A stretch of DNA of 64,000 nt, taken from Octopus bimaculoides. Its lineage: Eukaryota. The notes below the pieces were generated by a model, which was given only the letters and a program-made list of their open reading frames with translations, was not told the DNA's origin and searched no databases. The stretch is taken from contig NC_068985.1 in assembly GCF_001194135.2 (NCBI RefSeq), forward strand, positions 113,609,916-113,673,915. The letters run 5' to 3'. A program made the position numbers and the translations under genes. Of this stretch, positions 25,468 to 39,200 are shown piece by piece; positions within the stretch are counted from its first letter, which is position 1, and the number at the start of each line of letters is the position of its first letter.

Positions 25468-25561
25468 CATATTTATAAAAGGTTGGTTTTTCTTGTAGAG
25501 GGGGTCCAGTGTTTACAGGAGTTTGTTTCTTCCTAAGTGCCATATAAGCGCCATCATTGAC
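25468..25561 (-). CDS. PlexA: Plexin-A exon 7, end of RBD and linker (VNDGAYMALRKKQTPVNTGPPLQEKPTFYKY)
   Basis: VxDG...AL..KQ pattern follows AHYK. Acceptor ggattatatag, donor gtaaga; 94 nt, phase 0 to 1, which is exactly what exons 6 and 8 require. Confidence 0.88.
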
Positions 25562-25946
25562 CTATATAATCCAGATAGAAATAATAGAAGAGGAACATTT
25601 TAATTAAAATTGAAATATGCCAAAAGTCAGAGATGGTTTAGATACAAGGGATAGCGACGGAGTGGAGAATAGTACAGAGAGAAAAGCGTCATGCCAAATA
25701 AATAAATAAGTAAAAAAAAAAAAAAGAGTGGAGAGGATTGGGCAACAAGTCAATTGGAATTTTCTAGGGTGTTACATTACATGTATCAGAGAGTCACAAC
25801 ATATCACAACAAAAACCACAAGACTATACAAATAGCAAAATCATCAAAAGTGATTTTCGAAGAGCGAGTTGAAAAGAGAAATAAAGAAAGAAATATCGTT
25901 TGTATGTAAGAACATGGTAGAATAACCTTTTTTTGTGTAACATATA

Positions 25947-26219
25947 GGCGCAGGAGTGGCTGTGTAGTAAGTAGCGTGCTTACCAACCACATGGTTCCGG
26001 GTTAGATCGGNNNNNNNNNNNNNNNNNNNNNNNNNNNNNNNNNNNNNNNNNNNNNNNNNNNNNNNNNNNNNNNNNNNNNNNNNNNNNNNNNNNNNNNNNN
26101 NNNNNNNNGGGTTCAGTCCCGCTGCGTGGCACCTTGGGTAAGTGTCTTCTACTATAGCCTCGGGCCGACCAAAGCCTTGTGAGTGGATTTGGTAGACGGA
26201 AACTGAAAGAAGCCCGTCG

Positions 26220-26270
<51 letters not shown>

Positions 26271-26452
26271 TTGTGTGTCTGTGTTTGTCCCCCCAATATC
26301 GCTTGACAACCGATGCTGGTCTGTTTACGTCCCCGTAACTTAGCGGTTCGGCAAATGAGACCGATAGAATAAGTCCTGGGGTCGATTTACTCGACTAAAG
26401 GCGGTGCTCCAGCATGGCTGCAGTCAAATGACTGAAACAAGTAAAAGAGTAA
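25947..26452 (+). mobile_element. SINE family A copy, split by an assembly gap
   Basis: Little-diverged copy retaining its CpGs; other copies at about 14238-14610, 24822-25180, 46255-46640 and 52295-52450. Confidence 0.85.
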
Positions 26453-26460
26453 TACTCAAC

Positions 26461-27181
26461 ATATGTGTATCATTGAAAAGCCAGAAGCTGCAGTTTTTCA
26501 TCTGGGAAAAAATTCCTTGATAAATGTAGTGTGTTAAAAAAAGGATGTAATATCCTTCAGAGTTGGATGAAACAAAATCAGCCTAGAAGTGATTACTTAA
26601 GTGAATGATCCCATATTCACCAATGTTGTTGCTTGTCAATGGCACAAGTCTCATGTCACTTCTGAAACAAGATTGAATCAGCCAGTCTGAAGTATGCAGA
26701 AATAGTATAAAGACTACAAGCTGGTTTGCAATAGTGCTGCATGAGCAGAATAAAATTCAAATTGTGCAATAGGAGTGGCTCAGGAATAAAATCTGTATCT
26801 TGCTTTAAAGTTTAATATGTTTTTTTTTTAAACAATTGATTTTTCTTGGTTGAAAAGCTGCAGCTTCTGGCTTTTTTAATGACAACCATACATTAAGTAT
26901 ATTATATGGATAAAGTTTTTATCACCAAACTGCTTCTATTGCATAATTTGAATTTTATTCTGCTTAGGTGGCACCTTTGCAAACTAATGTAGTGACATTA
27001 GTACATGATACTGATCAGACACAACAACAGTGAAATATATATCTGTCACTCACATGGTCACTTCTGGAAAATTTCATTTCCCTTGGCTCTGAAGTATATT
27101 GCGATTTTTAACACATTATGTCTATAAAGGGATTTTTCCCTGGACCGAAAACTGCAGCTTTGGCATTTCAATGACACACAT
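26461..27181. mobile_element. Fold-back element with ~300-bp inverted arms
   Basis: 26461-26775 is a diverged reverse complement of 26931-27181; an extra copy of the terminal repeat lies at about 26850-26893. Confidence 0.7.
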
Positions 27182-27521
27182 TTTGTAAGTAAGCTTATTA
27201 TGTGTAAGGAGTACTATGTGTGGGGGAGGAGAGGGTCATAACAAAAATTGCTGTGTATGAAAGGGGAAGAAACAATGAGAATGAGGGTATATGAGTGTGT
27301 TTTTGTGTGTGAGAAAGGGAGACAGCATAAAGGATAGGATCAACATGCGTAAATAGATCAAGTCTATGTATATAGATAGATCAGGTCCATGTTGTGTGGT
27401 TAAGAAGCTCACTTTGCAACCACATGGTTTCAGGTTCAATCCCACACCACAGCACCATGCACAAGGACTGACCAATACTTTTTCAATGAATTTGGCAGAC
27501 AGAAACTATATAGAATGCTGC

Positions 27522-27566
<45 letters not shown>

Positions 27567-27919
27567 NNNNNNNNNNNNNNNNNNNNNNNNNNNNNNNNNN
27601 NNNNNNNNNNNNNNNNNNNNNNNNNNNNNNNNNNNNNNNNNNNNNNNNNNNNNNNNNNNNNNNNNNNNNNNNNNNNNNNNNNNNNNNNNNNNNNNNNNNN
27701 NNNNNNNNNNNNNNNNNNNNNNNNNNNNNNNNNNNNNNNNNNNNNNNNNNNNNNNNNNNNNNNNNNNNNNNNNNNNNNNNNNNNNNNNNNNNNNNNNNNN
27801 NNNNNNNNNNNNNNNNNNNNNNNNNNNNNNNNNNNNNNNNNNNNNNNNNNNNNNNNNNNNNNNNNNNNNNNNNNNNNNNNNNNNNNNNNNNNTATATATA
27901 TACATACATACATATATAT

Positions 27920-27950
<31 letters not shown>

Positions 27951-27967
27951 CATACATACATATATAT

Positions 27968-28000
<33 letters not shown>

Positions 28001-29189
28001 CATACATACATATATATATACATACATATATATATCAGCATGTTCGCATTTCTATGCTTGCGTGGGTAAGATGGAATTGATTGAATTTTTGAGGTAGATT
28101 TTCTGTGGCTGGATGCCTTTCTGGTTGCCAACCCTCACCCATTTCTAAGCAAGGTAATATTTTCTCATGGCCGGACATATTTTCATGGCAAGTTGGAAAC
28201 GAAAGCCATAACACTTGTTTAATGTGTGTGTGTGTTACTGTATCAATGTGAGGGAGCAGATGCATGAAAGTATCCAAATGCACAGGGGTGGGGCAGTCAG
28301 AGAGAAAGCTAAAGTACCAACAAGAAAAGTAAAGAACCATGATCATGCAAGACATGCTAATAATTGTGAAACATAGTTTAAAAAAGAAATGAGGTGTGGG
28401 GATGAGTGAATCAGGGCTCTCTCCACAATGATTAAGCATAAACTTATTAAATTACTGTGACAGATAATCTCATGCTCCCTCTTTTATCTCAGGCTTTTAA
28501 TCCACAAATTCATTCCTATTGAGATTCTGAATTAAATACAGTCTATGTTTGGAGTTATCTGGTTTATAAATCCACATAAAGTCTTTAGATAACAGAGATA
28601 ATTCATATATCTTGTAATAATGGCTATTCAGATCTTAGCAGAGCTGATGCAAAGAAACTTGAGCAAACTAATGATAATGGCTCACTTATTAGAATTTTAA
28701 TTAAAATCCTCTATGTCAAAATGAAATCTATTCAAAAGCAGCAAATACCTCTCTTGTTACGGTTTCTAAAGAGTGTGATGATATTTTAAATTGGACATAT
28801 GATTGATTCTTTTCAACTATCTGCTGTATGGAAACCATTGTCAGGCAGTTGACTCAGAATTCATTGATATGGCATAAAGCGGATCCATTTTTGCAGAAAA
28901 TGACAGAGAAGGGGACACACCTTGAGAATGTTATTCTCATAAATGTTCGCATGTGTGCACAGATTTAATACATACAATTGTTGAGACACACCTACATTGT
29001 ATATACGTGCATATAACATGTGTATAGTACATGTGTATCATATGTGTATAAGGGGAGAAAATTTTAAATTCTAAAGGTTTGAAAATGAAACTAACAAAAT
29101 TTCTAAAAGATTATACAGTTTGGCCTTTTGGAGATGAATAAAATTCATGGAAAATATTCATAAGTAACACACCTTGGTGTTTAGGGAGT

Positions 29190-29495
29190 TTCTCCATATC
29201 AAACTGTGATCTCTCCAATGAGATATCACAATTCCAATACTATGAAGATGTGATCAAAATGTCACAGGAAAGAATCGGCAAGATGGATTCTTCAAGCTGA
29301 GTCAGCCAGCATTAGATCAAGAATGAAAGGGTTGGATAATATTCATAGCCTCAGTTGGCTACTCTTGGGAATTCAGCCAGAGAGTTCAATGCTGGTTGCT
29401 TAGATAGGACCCTATGGAGGAGGTGCACTGAGGCCTCTACCCCCACAACCCTCTTAGGAGTAGTGGGCAGAGAAGATGACTGGATGGAGGGATGC
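29190..29495 (+). mobile_element. 3' end fragment of the same RTE LINE family
   Basis: Translates to LGNSAREF...RTLWRRCTEASTPTTL, parallel to 4260-4430; ends in a ggatggagggatg tail. Confidence 0.7.
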
Positions 29496-29598
29496 AATAC
29501 AGTGTATGGACATGTGCATGCACACACACACACACACACACAAAACTATATCATATACAGAGAAACTATACATATATATTTAAAATTCTATCATAGAG

Positions 29599-29643
<45 letters not shown>

Positions 29644-31730
29644 AAATACCTTGCAAATTATTGATCAAAGATTTCAAAAGAAAATTCAGTGTGTGTCTAG
29701 GTATATACATATGTATATTTGCACATTTTCAACACTAACATGAGAATATGATGGGAAAAATTGAAACATGGTATGTGCGTGTGTGTGTGTATACAGAGTT
29801 TGAAGTCTATGTGAACATAAAGTCGTTAGAATAACAAAGCTCTCCTAAAAGGGATCATATGGCAGTATGATTTCCCTAGGAATAAGTCTGTAATCCTTGT
29901 TACCACATACACACACGCATCTCACACTGAACTGAACATTATATGAAGCTTTCAGTTATTTCTACCCCTTAGTCAAGGTAAGTTTGAAAAGATATAAAAA
30001 AACCTAAGGCCAATCTGTCCTACCCACCTGGGACCTTCCCCAACCCTTGCTCAGTGATAAAAGCTTTCTGTTTCAAAGTAATCTAAATAGAAATTTCCAT
30101 CAAAATTTTGTGTTAATTTATGTTCCAAGCAGCAGCTTCTCAATGACAAAGTTAACTTTATTAAAATCATTATTTTAAAAATTAATTGAAACAAAGTGTG
30201 TTTCAACAGAAATATGGTAAGAAAAAGATTAAAGTGATCTAAATGAAAACCTTCCATGAACATTTCATGTTAATTTATGTTCCAAATACTTAAGAATGGT
30301 AAAGATATCCTAGTAAATTCTTCATTATTTTCAAAATCAGTTGAAACAAAAGCAGTGTATGATAACAATAGTTGTTGAATTCCTCAGCTAGAATATTATT
30401 TTACTTATTCTATATTTTGTACTTTATGTGTTGGTCAGGCTGAAAAATAAGTCGTTTTCTCAACTGGTCAATCAACTTATTGTTCTAACATCTGTGACTA
30501 AATTGGCTCAATACTCAGTCACAGATCTAATCAGCTAATGAACTAACCAGTCAGATAACTCAATTGAATGTAGAAGCTGCTACATGGTTGGTCAGTGAAT
30601 ATGTAACCTTACTAACTATTCAGCCTTCATCTACTGTAATAGTCAATCAATTTCAGTTCCATGTCTTATTTTTCTAACTGTCTTTGATTCAATTAATTTT
30701 GAAAATAAGGGAGAATTTAGTAAAGTAACTGTCATTTGTAACAAAAATCAACACAAAATTTCGATCCAAGGTTTTGATTTAGATCATTTTTAACCCTTTT
30801 TTTTTAATTATATTTCCGTTGAAATATTCTCACTTTGTTTCAGATAATTTTGAAAATAATGGAAAATTTAATGAAATGATTTTTCATTATTTAGTTGGGT
30901 GTTTAGAATATATACATAAAATTTTGATGGAAGGTTTTAATACAGATCACTTTAAAACCGAGAAGGGGCAGCCTGAGATGAAGGGTTGGTATCAACAGGG
31001 TCAAGTTACTAGATCAACTGTTCTGTCAACCAATCACCTTGTTGTATTTCTGGTTTTAGACAGTCCCACAGTAGATTAGTTGATTGGTCAGTGACATAAA
31101 GAACGAGTCAGTCAAACAGTTGAAAAGCTCTCTCTGATCTGATTATATCCTAAATTTATGCCAGTTGCTCATCAAGTAGTCATTCACTCGACAATATGGT
31201 TAAATCTGTATTATTTTTCTAAAACATTTAGACAAATTCAGCAAGGATTTTATGCAAAATGAAGAAAACCTGAGGTAATTCTTAATGTCATGCAGAAGGA
31301 AGACAAATGCCAAAATATAAGAAAAAAACCGAAGAACAAACAAACAAAAATAACAACAACAATAACATTGAATTGATGCATATACAAGAACAACATCAAC
31401 AATACCAGCATTCTTCAGTCATTACCATTCCAGATAAAAATAGATGAAGGTAGGGGGCATAATTCAAGCAACCCCCAAAACAATAACGTCAAGACAATAT
31501 AGAAGAAAACATATCTAAATAGATGTGAAAAGTGGGTGGGGTGGATATTTATACTATATCCGATCTGGTGACATCAATCTTGAAGTTTTCCTGGGTCTTT
31601 CTTGCTCCCGAAAACTACATACATTCCTCTGTGTTAGACATACATACTCTTCTTTTTTTTTTTTTGTTATGTAGATGAAGAGGAGCAACGAGGTCGGATG
31701 AAAGGGACATGCAGTGAGTATGGGTTTTAC

Positions 31731-31834
31731 CTTGTAGTGCGCGAGTGAATTGAGTCGTTTGAGGTCACCCTCGATCTTTGAGGTGCTGTCTTCATCATTG
31801 AGGATGAGGATCTCGTTGGGGGTTGAACGCCATT
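31731..31834 (-). CDS. PlexA: Plexin-A exon 6, RBD (EWRSTPNEILILNDEDSTSKIEGDLKRLNSLAHYK)
   Basis: EWR...ILxDEDxTxKI...KRLNxLAHY motif. Acceptor caacctccag, donor gtaaaa; 104 nt. Confidence 0.95.
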
Positions 31835-32893
31835 CTGGAGGTTGAGCAAATAAGACTGTCAATAGGTAAACAGAAACCTTTTATCAGACAAGCTGAACGT
31901 TAAGAAAAAAATGCACTCACTTACGGTCACAGTTTGCCAGTGGGGTGTGAAAGCGAGGTCGGGTTTTGTCGAATGAATATTATTATTATTTATTTATTTA
32001 TTTATTTTATGCTTGTATGGAGTAGAAAGTTGCCAATGAATAATAACAGAAATGTTTCTTCTGCACCATACAGCAGCAACAGCAGCAGCAGAAATATTTG
32101 GAACAGCAGCAGCAAGTCTCATTGGCAACAACAACAGCAGCAGCAGTGGTAGTAGTAGTAGTAGAAGTATCGGCAGTGACATTAATAAGAGAAATGGCCA
32201 TAGATAGATAGGAATAGTAGTAGTAGTAGCAGCATTAAGGGAAAAGGAAATTGTTAGCATCAGATCAGTGGTTATTGAGACATATTCTGTAAGCCAAAGG
32301 TCGAAAGTGGAAAAGATGAAGGCAGTCTGTATGTTGGGCTAATATTTTTTTTTTTCTTTTGATGCTACACCTTTCCTTCCTCCATCAAGTATTACTGTAT
32401 TTCCATTTAGAAGAGTTACACACAAAGGGAGATTACTCCTGTGAACAAGACATTTAAAAAAATGCCTCAAATCTAATATATTGAGGTACCATACTACATA
32501 TATATATATATATATTATACAATAGATATAAATATATATTTATATATATAATAAACATATTTATGTATTATATAATATATATATTTATATTATATACCTC
32601 TGTCAATAGATCTATATCTCTCTTTATACATATATAGCATATCTATATATTAACATGTCTCCATATACATATATATACATTTCAAATTTTTGTGTGTGTG
32701 TACACATACACACACAGATGAATAAAGATGTACAGATGTAAAAATAAAATACACATATATTCAGCTGTGCATGTGTGTATATACATTGATTGTGCATTTA
32801 CTGCAGGCAACAGAAGAGTATAGAAGCTATATTAGTAACACTACCTAGGCCATTTTGATAATATCTCCATGATATGAAGGAAGGAGGAAAATG

Positions 32894-32942
<49 letters not shown>

Positions 32943-33112
32943 ATATGTTGGGCGAATAGATGTTGATTTGATGGTCTTCATTCAATTTTTGATTTATGGT
33001 TTTGACTGCCTTATCTATGGAACTAACTTTGTCCGATTGAGAATAGATCTAAGGAATTATTGTGGATTGATGGAACATGTCTTTGAAATTGTTTTAGATA
33101 GTCACCTATAGG

Positions 33113-33210
33113 TTGAGAAAAAAAGAAAAAAGAGGAGGGGAGACGGGGAAAAATAGATGGAAGATAGAAAGAGTTGTGAGAAAAAGAGCAGTGAGAAAAA
33201 GAGAGAAAGA

Positions 33211-33255
<45 letters not shown>

Positions 33256-33420
33256 TAGAGAGAAAGAGAGAGAGAGAGAGATTAAAAGCAAAGAACAGAG
33301 ACAAAATGGGATTTGAGCAGAGATATGTGAGAGTGAAAGAGAGAGAGTGATTGAAGTGGAGAGAGTGAGTAGAGAGTGTGAAAGAGAAGGAGCAAGCTGT
33401 GTGTACATGAGAATATACTT
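33113..33420. repeat. (GA)n-rich polypurine tract
   Basis: Direct inspection. Confidence 0.9.
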
Positions 33421-33780
33421 CCAAGGTTGTATTTATGAGTGTGTGTGTATCTTACAGTAATTACTTGTATGTAATTCTCACCTCTAATTTAGTGTTAAAC
33501 CTTGGTGCAAAATTATTTCCCTTCATAGTTTTAGTTTTGCCCTGTGTATAAGTCACACCTAAGTGAAATATGTGTGTGTGTGTATACACACACATACTGA
33601 GACATCTCGAAAGTAAATAGACACCATCGTTCATGAAAGATTTATTTCTAGAAACAAAATGCACTGTGCATAATATGTTTTAAGGTTCAAAGTGTCTGCA
33701 CAGGTAAAAGTGTATAATGAAAGGGGAGTGTCTATTTAATTTTAAGATGCTTGTGTGTGTGTGTGTGTGTGTGTGTGTGT

Positions 33781-33900
33781 CATATTATATGCAGTCATTT
33801 GTGTGTGTGTAAGATATTATATGCAGTCATGTGTGTGACATTATATGCAGTCATGAGAGTGTGTATGATGTTATATGCAGCCGTGAGTGTGTGTGTGTAT
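33781..33900. repeat. Minisatellite, 4 copies of ttatatgcagtcat(gt)n
   Basis: Direct inspection; unit about 25-33 bp. Confidence 0.8.
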
Positions 33901-34135
33901 ATGAGAGAGAAAAATATTAAGAGTGTATATCTTTGTCTCTGTATCACTATGAATAAAATACTATGCATCAATATATTGTTTTACAGTTTATGTAATAATA
34001 GCCAAAATAATAATCACTATAATAATGATAATGATGATGAGGAGAAAGAAATAAATGAAGGCAAAAACTTATTTTGCTTAAGCACAAGGGTTTCTTGTCT
34101 TTCTGTAAATCTGCATTACTAGTGTCTATCTATAG

Positions 34136-34302
34136 CAGTGCTCTGCAGCCGGTATGCCGCGGCACACTGGTGTGCCACAAATCAATGATAGGGGTGCCAC
34201 AGTGTAACCTGATGATAAATTTTTTTGCTATACTTGTAGTTATATTTCTAGTTTGAAAAGGATATAAGTGTACCACAAGTGAAAAAGATTGCGGGGGCAA
34301 TG
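34136..34302. mobile_element. Short hAT MITE
   Basis: Perfect 8-bp TSD atctatag on both sides; CAGTG...CAATG termini with subterminal GTGTGCC-like motifs. Confidence 0.75.
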
Positions 34303-35095
34303 ATCTATAGTAATGACTTTATTGATCTTACAGCAGTGTAAGACCGAGTCTATCCAGTAAGACTGAGTCTGAAGCTATAAAACTGAAAAATTTAACTTCA
34401 TACCATAATGAATCTAATCTTGTGCTCTACTGTTTCATTAACAACAACAACCAGGGTAACTCCTTCTACTATGGGCAAAGAGCTGAAATTTTTGGGGAAG
34501 AGGGCTAGTCAATTATATTAACCCCCAGTACTCAACTGGTACTTATTTCATCCACTCTGAAAGGATGAAAGGCATAGTTCCTTGTTGGAATTTGAACTCA
34601 GAATGCAAAGATGGACGATATGCTAAGTGGGTAATGATTCTACCAGCTTACCACGTCAGTAATAAAAAAAAATCATTTCTATTATAGGCACAAGGCCTGA
34701 AAGTTGTGGAGAGAGAGTTAGTCGATAATGTAGGCCCCAGTGTTTCACTGGTACTCAATTTATTGACCTTGAAAGGATGAAAGGAAAAGTTGACCTCAGT
34801 GGAATTTGAACTCAGAACATAGAGATGGACAAAATGCTGCCAAGCATTTTGCCTGGTGTGTTAACGACACTGCCAATAGGCTGCCTTGCTAATAATTTAT
34901 ATATATATATATATNNNNNNNNNNNNNNNNNNNNNNNNNNNNNNNNNNNNNNNNNNNNNNNNNNNNNNNNNNNNNNNNNNNNNNNNNNNNNNNNNNNNNN
35001 NNNNNNNNNNNNNNNNNNNNNNNNNNNNNNNNNNNNNNNNNNNNNNNNNNNNNNNNNNNNNNNNNNNNNNNNNNNNNNNNNNNNNNNNNNNNNNN

Positions 35096-35129
<34 letters not shown>

Positions 35130-35716
35130 AATGGCTGGTTTCTTTCAGTTTCTGTTTACTACTTAGTAGACAAGGCTATAGTAAAAGACACTTGCTCAAA
35201 ATGCTGAGCAGTGGGACTGAACTCAAAACCAGATGGTTGTAAGGTGAGTTTCTTAACCACTTGGCCATGCCTGTTTGTATATTATTAATAATAATAAGAA
35301 AAAAGTAATAAAATTTGCAACAACATCAACCCTAGAAATACTACTACGACTACTACTACTGCTGCTGCTGCTGCTGTTGTTACAAATTAATTTTTTCTTT
35401 TGACAAAATGCTATAAAATCAAACACAAGGCTCTGAGAGGATTTAGCATTTTGGAATTTATAGGTTTACCAATATTTTGGAATAAAGGATTTTGTAATAT
35501 TTTTAGAATTCTCTTTTTCAAAGACTTTTAGAATAAAAGTGAAGCTGAAGCACACACACACACACACGCACAATCCTTAAAAGCTATACTAAGAAGACTA
35601 TATATCCACTGCTTTCCGCACAAAGTAAAAAAAAACAATAGAAAAAATATAAACTCATAAATTATATTTGTACGTATGTGTATGTATGCATGTTTTTGAG
35701 TGTGTGTATACATATA

Positions 35717-35753
<37 letters not shown>

Positions 35754-35766
35754 ACACACACATAAG

Positions 35767-36225
35767 TGACTAACTGGAAAAAATGACTCCTTAATACCAC
35801 ATGGGTGGAGGAACAATTTCTTTTAACAGAATTGAATTCAATAGTCCAATACCACAAGTTTCATGTGGATATGTTCAAGGTTATTCAATTGGAGTTTGAA
35901 TTATGGTTGATGGTAGACACATTTATGTGTATTCTTACATATATATAGCATACACACACACACATATATCTATAAACACACAATCTATACATACATATAT
36001 ATATAGTACATATATGCATGTGCATACACACATACACACATATATATATATATACAATATATACACACATACATACATACACACACATCGGTGACTAACA
36101 GGAAAAATGAGTTCTTAACTTGCATGAGTGGATTATTAGAATTCAATAGTCCAATACCAGAGGTTTCATGTAAATATATTCATAGTTATTCAGTTATAGT
36201 TTGAATAATTGGTGATCACACACAC
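35767..36225. repeat. Diverged tandem duplication, period about 325 bp
   Basis: gtgactaac.ggaaaaa...gaattcaatagtccaatacca...gtttcatgt...gtttgaat occurs at 35767 and again at 36091. Confidence 0.75.
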
Positions 36226-39200
36226 ATACAAACTATTTAAATGGGAATGGAATTAAAAATAAAGCAGAGACAGTAAGTGGGTGAATAGATGATCTTTGTA
36301 TGGGTGAATGTAGGCAGTTAAGTAGATAGATGGATGAATAAAGAATGCATGATTGTGTATTGAAGATGATAGGGAGGTGGATATCTCAGATTTGGTTGTT
36401 TTGAGAACAAAAAAAAAAAAAATGATTAGGACACACCCACAAGTCTCTGCAAGTCTATTTCATTTCTTACCATGACTCTCTTCCTAAAGACATTTTTATC
36501 TGTAGAATATATAATTCAGTCAGCCATAAGTACGCTGAAATTTGCTGTGACATTAGATTTATGATTACTGAAAGGTTTTAGTCAAAAGCTACAACAAACC
36601 AAGCTCAAAAAACAAGCTTGCTGTGACTGTACTTGTAGCATCTCTATCACGCACAAAACTTCTTCATATAGCAATGACCAAAACCTCTTCATACAGCAAT
36701 GAAGAAAGGATTAGTTAGATGCAAAGGAGTTTATTGAGCTGGTCAACCTTCTAGCCTTATCCAGCCGATAATAACACACAATTATTTATAGCCTTAACTG
36801 CTTCAAGATCCAATTTCTAAAAAGTATATGAAGGTGTTATTTGGGCAAGTTAGTGGGACAACTTTGGGTCTCAGCATGAAACCTGTTTTCCCCATGTGTT
36901 CTATTATTCATTTAACATGGTGTTTTCTGGGAAGCAAAACACCTGTGAGGAATAAGGACAGATGTACAAGGAAGTAGAGAAAATGGATAGAAGTATGAGA
37001 AAGCACACAAAGTGATGTGAGTGAATGCGCTTTGTGTTGGTAAATGTGTATGTGCTTGTAGCTGTATATGTATATATGCACATTTATACACACACACACG
37101 CGCATGAATGATGGAAGCACTTGCGTGTCTCAGATTGAACATTCTTAAGGAATGGAAGTAATCCTTCCACTGATAAAGATTAACAATAATCTATTTAAAT
37201 CCCAGTTCATAGCTACCCTTTAACCAAGCTACATCGTTCAGTAGTATCACTCTCTCTCTCACACACACTGTCTACTCTCTCTTATATCAAGCTGCAACAT
37301 ATGTTAGATCATAGTGGTGGTGATGGTAGAAGAGATGACTGTAATAGGCATGATGACAGGTAGTCCTTGGGACAACAGAGGTATCGCTAGTGGAAACACA
37401 CAAGTGTGTGCAAGCATACACACACACACACACAGAGCTTAACTAGAAAATTAAGCTTTCTTGTGAAAGAAATAGTGAAAAGATTTAATTATCAACGAAT
37501 AAATAAATAAACTCTCTGATCTGTATTCACTTCCTCTTGCTATAAAGTACTCTCACATTCTCTGTGTGTGTGTGTATGTTTATGCATGAGTGCGTATGCT
37601 TGTGCAGGCACACAAATGTGTTCATTTAAAAATACAAGGTTTTCAAAGCAAAGGGACTAAAAATTTGTTAAATTTATATTATTATTAATATTATTGTCAG
37701 CAGATTTGTCAATGTGGCATTTTTCTGGTTCAGATTCTACTAAGGTCAACTCTGCCTTTCATACTTTCGGGGTCATTAAGATAGGTATCACTTGAGCACT
37801 GGAGTTGATGTAATCGACTTAACCCCTTCCCCAAAATTTCAGGCCTTGTGCCTATAGTAGAAAGGATTATTATTATCACTATTATAATTATGATCATAAT
37901 TGGTGGTGGTGGTGGAGTTGGCTGTAGTGGTGGTGTTCCTCTAATGAAATTTGAAGCAACATTGTAGGGTGGATAAGCTTTGAAACCCTTATTTCATATC
38001 TTATAATGACCTTCTATCTAAATCATTGTGTTAATACACTATTGCAAAACAAAAAAAATTCTTCCTTTTCTTGTGCTCTCTCTTCTGCTGCTCATCATCA
38101 TCATCATCATCATCATAATCAATTGTTATTTTGTTTGTGGAAGATTTATAATTAAGAATCGAATGAGTTTCTAAGGTTACATGTTAAGAAACATGACAAA
38201 TAGAATTCAAATTCTGAAGACGTAGTAAGCTTACGCAATTACAGAAAAAAATTTTAAAAAGCTGTCTTGTTCTTAAATAATATTGATTTTTCTAACATTT
38301 GGTATGATAATACTGACCCCTTATTTAGGGTCTAATTATACACAGTAAGGTAAAACAAACAACAATAAAAAATTCATCCTGAAAAGAAAAAAAAAAAACA
38401 AGAACAAAAACAAAAAAATGAAATTTTGACATATATGGATATCTTTCAATCAGGTACAGAGACCCAGAGTAATACCAGACAACTAGAACTGAACCTGCAA
38501 CATTACTGTTGTTTATGTTTATAACCCTGTAGGGATAAACAAAAAAAAAACAGAACCTTGCTCTGGTTTGAACTTGTAACCTTAAGCTACTTTAACTATT
38601 AATATCATTATTAAACCATTGTGTCTGGCTATTCTCTCCTTCAGTTCTGTCACCTTTGTTTGAAAGATATTTCTTGTTCCAATATTTTCAAAACCAGAGA
38701 GACAACAACACTCAAAATTCTATCATTTGGAGCAAAATGTCTTGATAAAATAGATACGTCAAATTTTGTTTTCTTTTACAAGACCAAATTTTCAAATTGA
38801 AGATTTTTTTCCCCTTTCTTTAAGATTGCAAGCTTGAAAAGTTAAATATAAATAGTTTATTTGATGGCATAAAAATGCTAGAATATATTAAACATACTCC
38901 AATTTCAGAAGAGCATGTTCAGGATAAAAAGTTTTTAGTCCATTGACCTTTCAGCTGTCAAATTATAAATGCTTATTTATCTACATTGTTTTGAATTAAC
39001 CATACATTATCTTGTAGCTTTGAGATTTCAATGATACAGTTGCTTTCTTTCAAGAATTATATTGTTAGTGTAAGTGTGAGGGGCTGGATTTGGCTAGTTT
39101 GAATGTAAAACTGGTAGCATGTTTGAGCTAGGCATAGCTGGTTTAAATCGTGTATTATTTACAGCAATCTAAGATAGTGAGCTGGCAGAATCATTAGCAT

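Noticed and set aside
31934-32260. PolyQ/polyS/polyL ORFs
   Set aside because: Products of CAG/TAG/CAA trinucleotide microsatellites.
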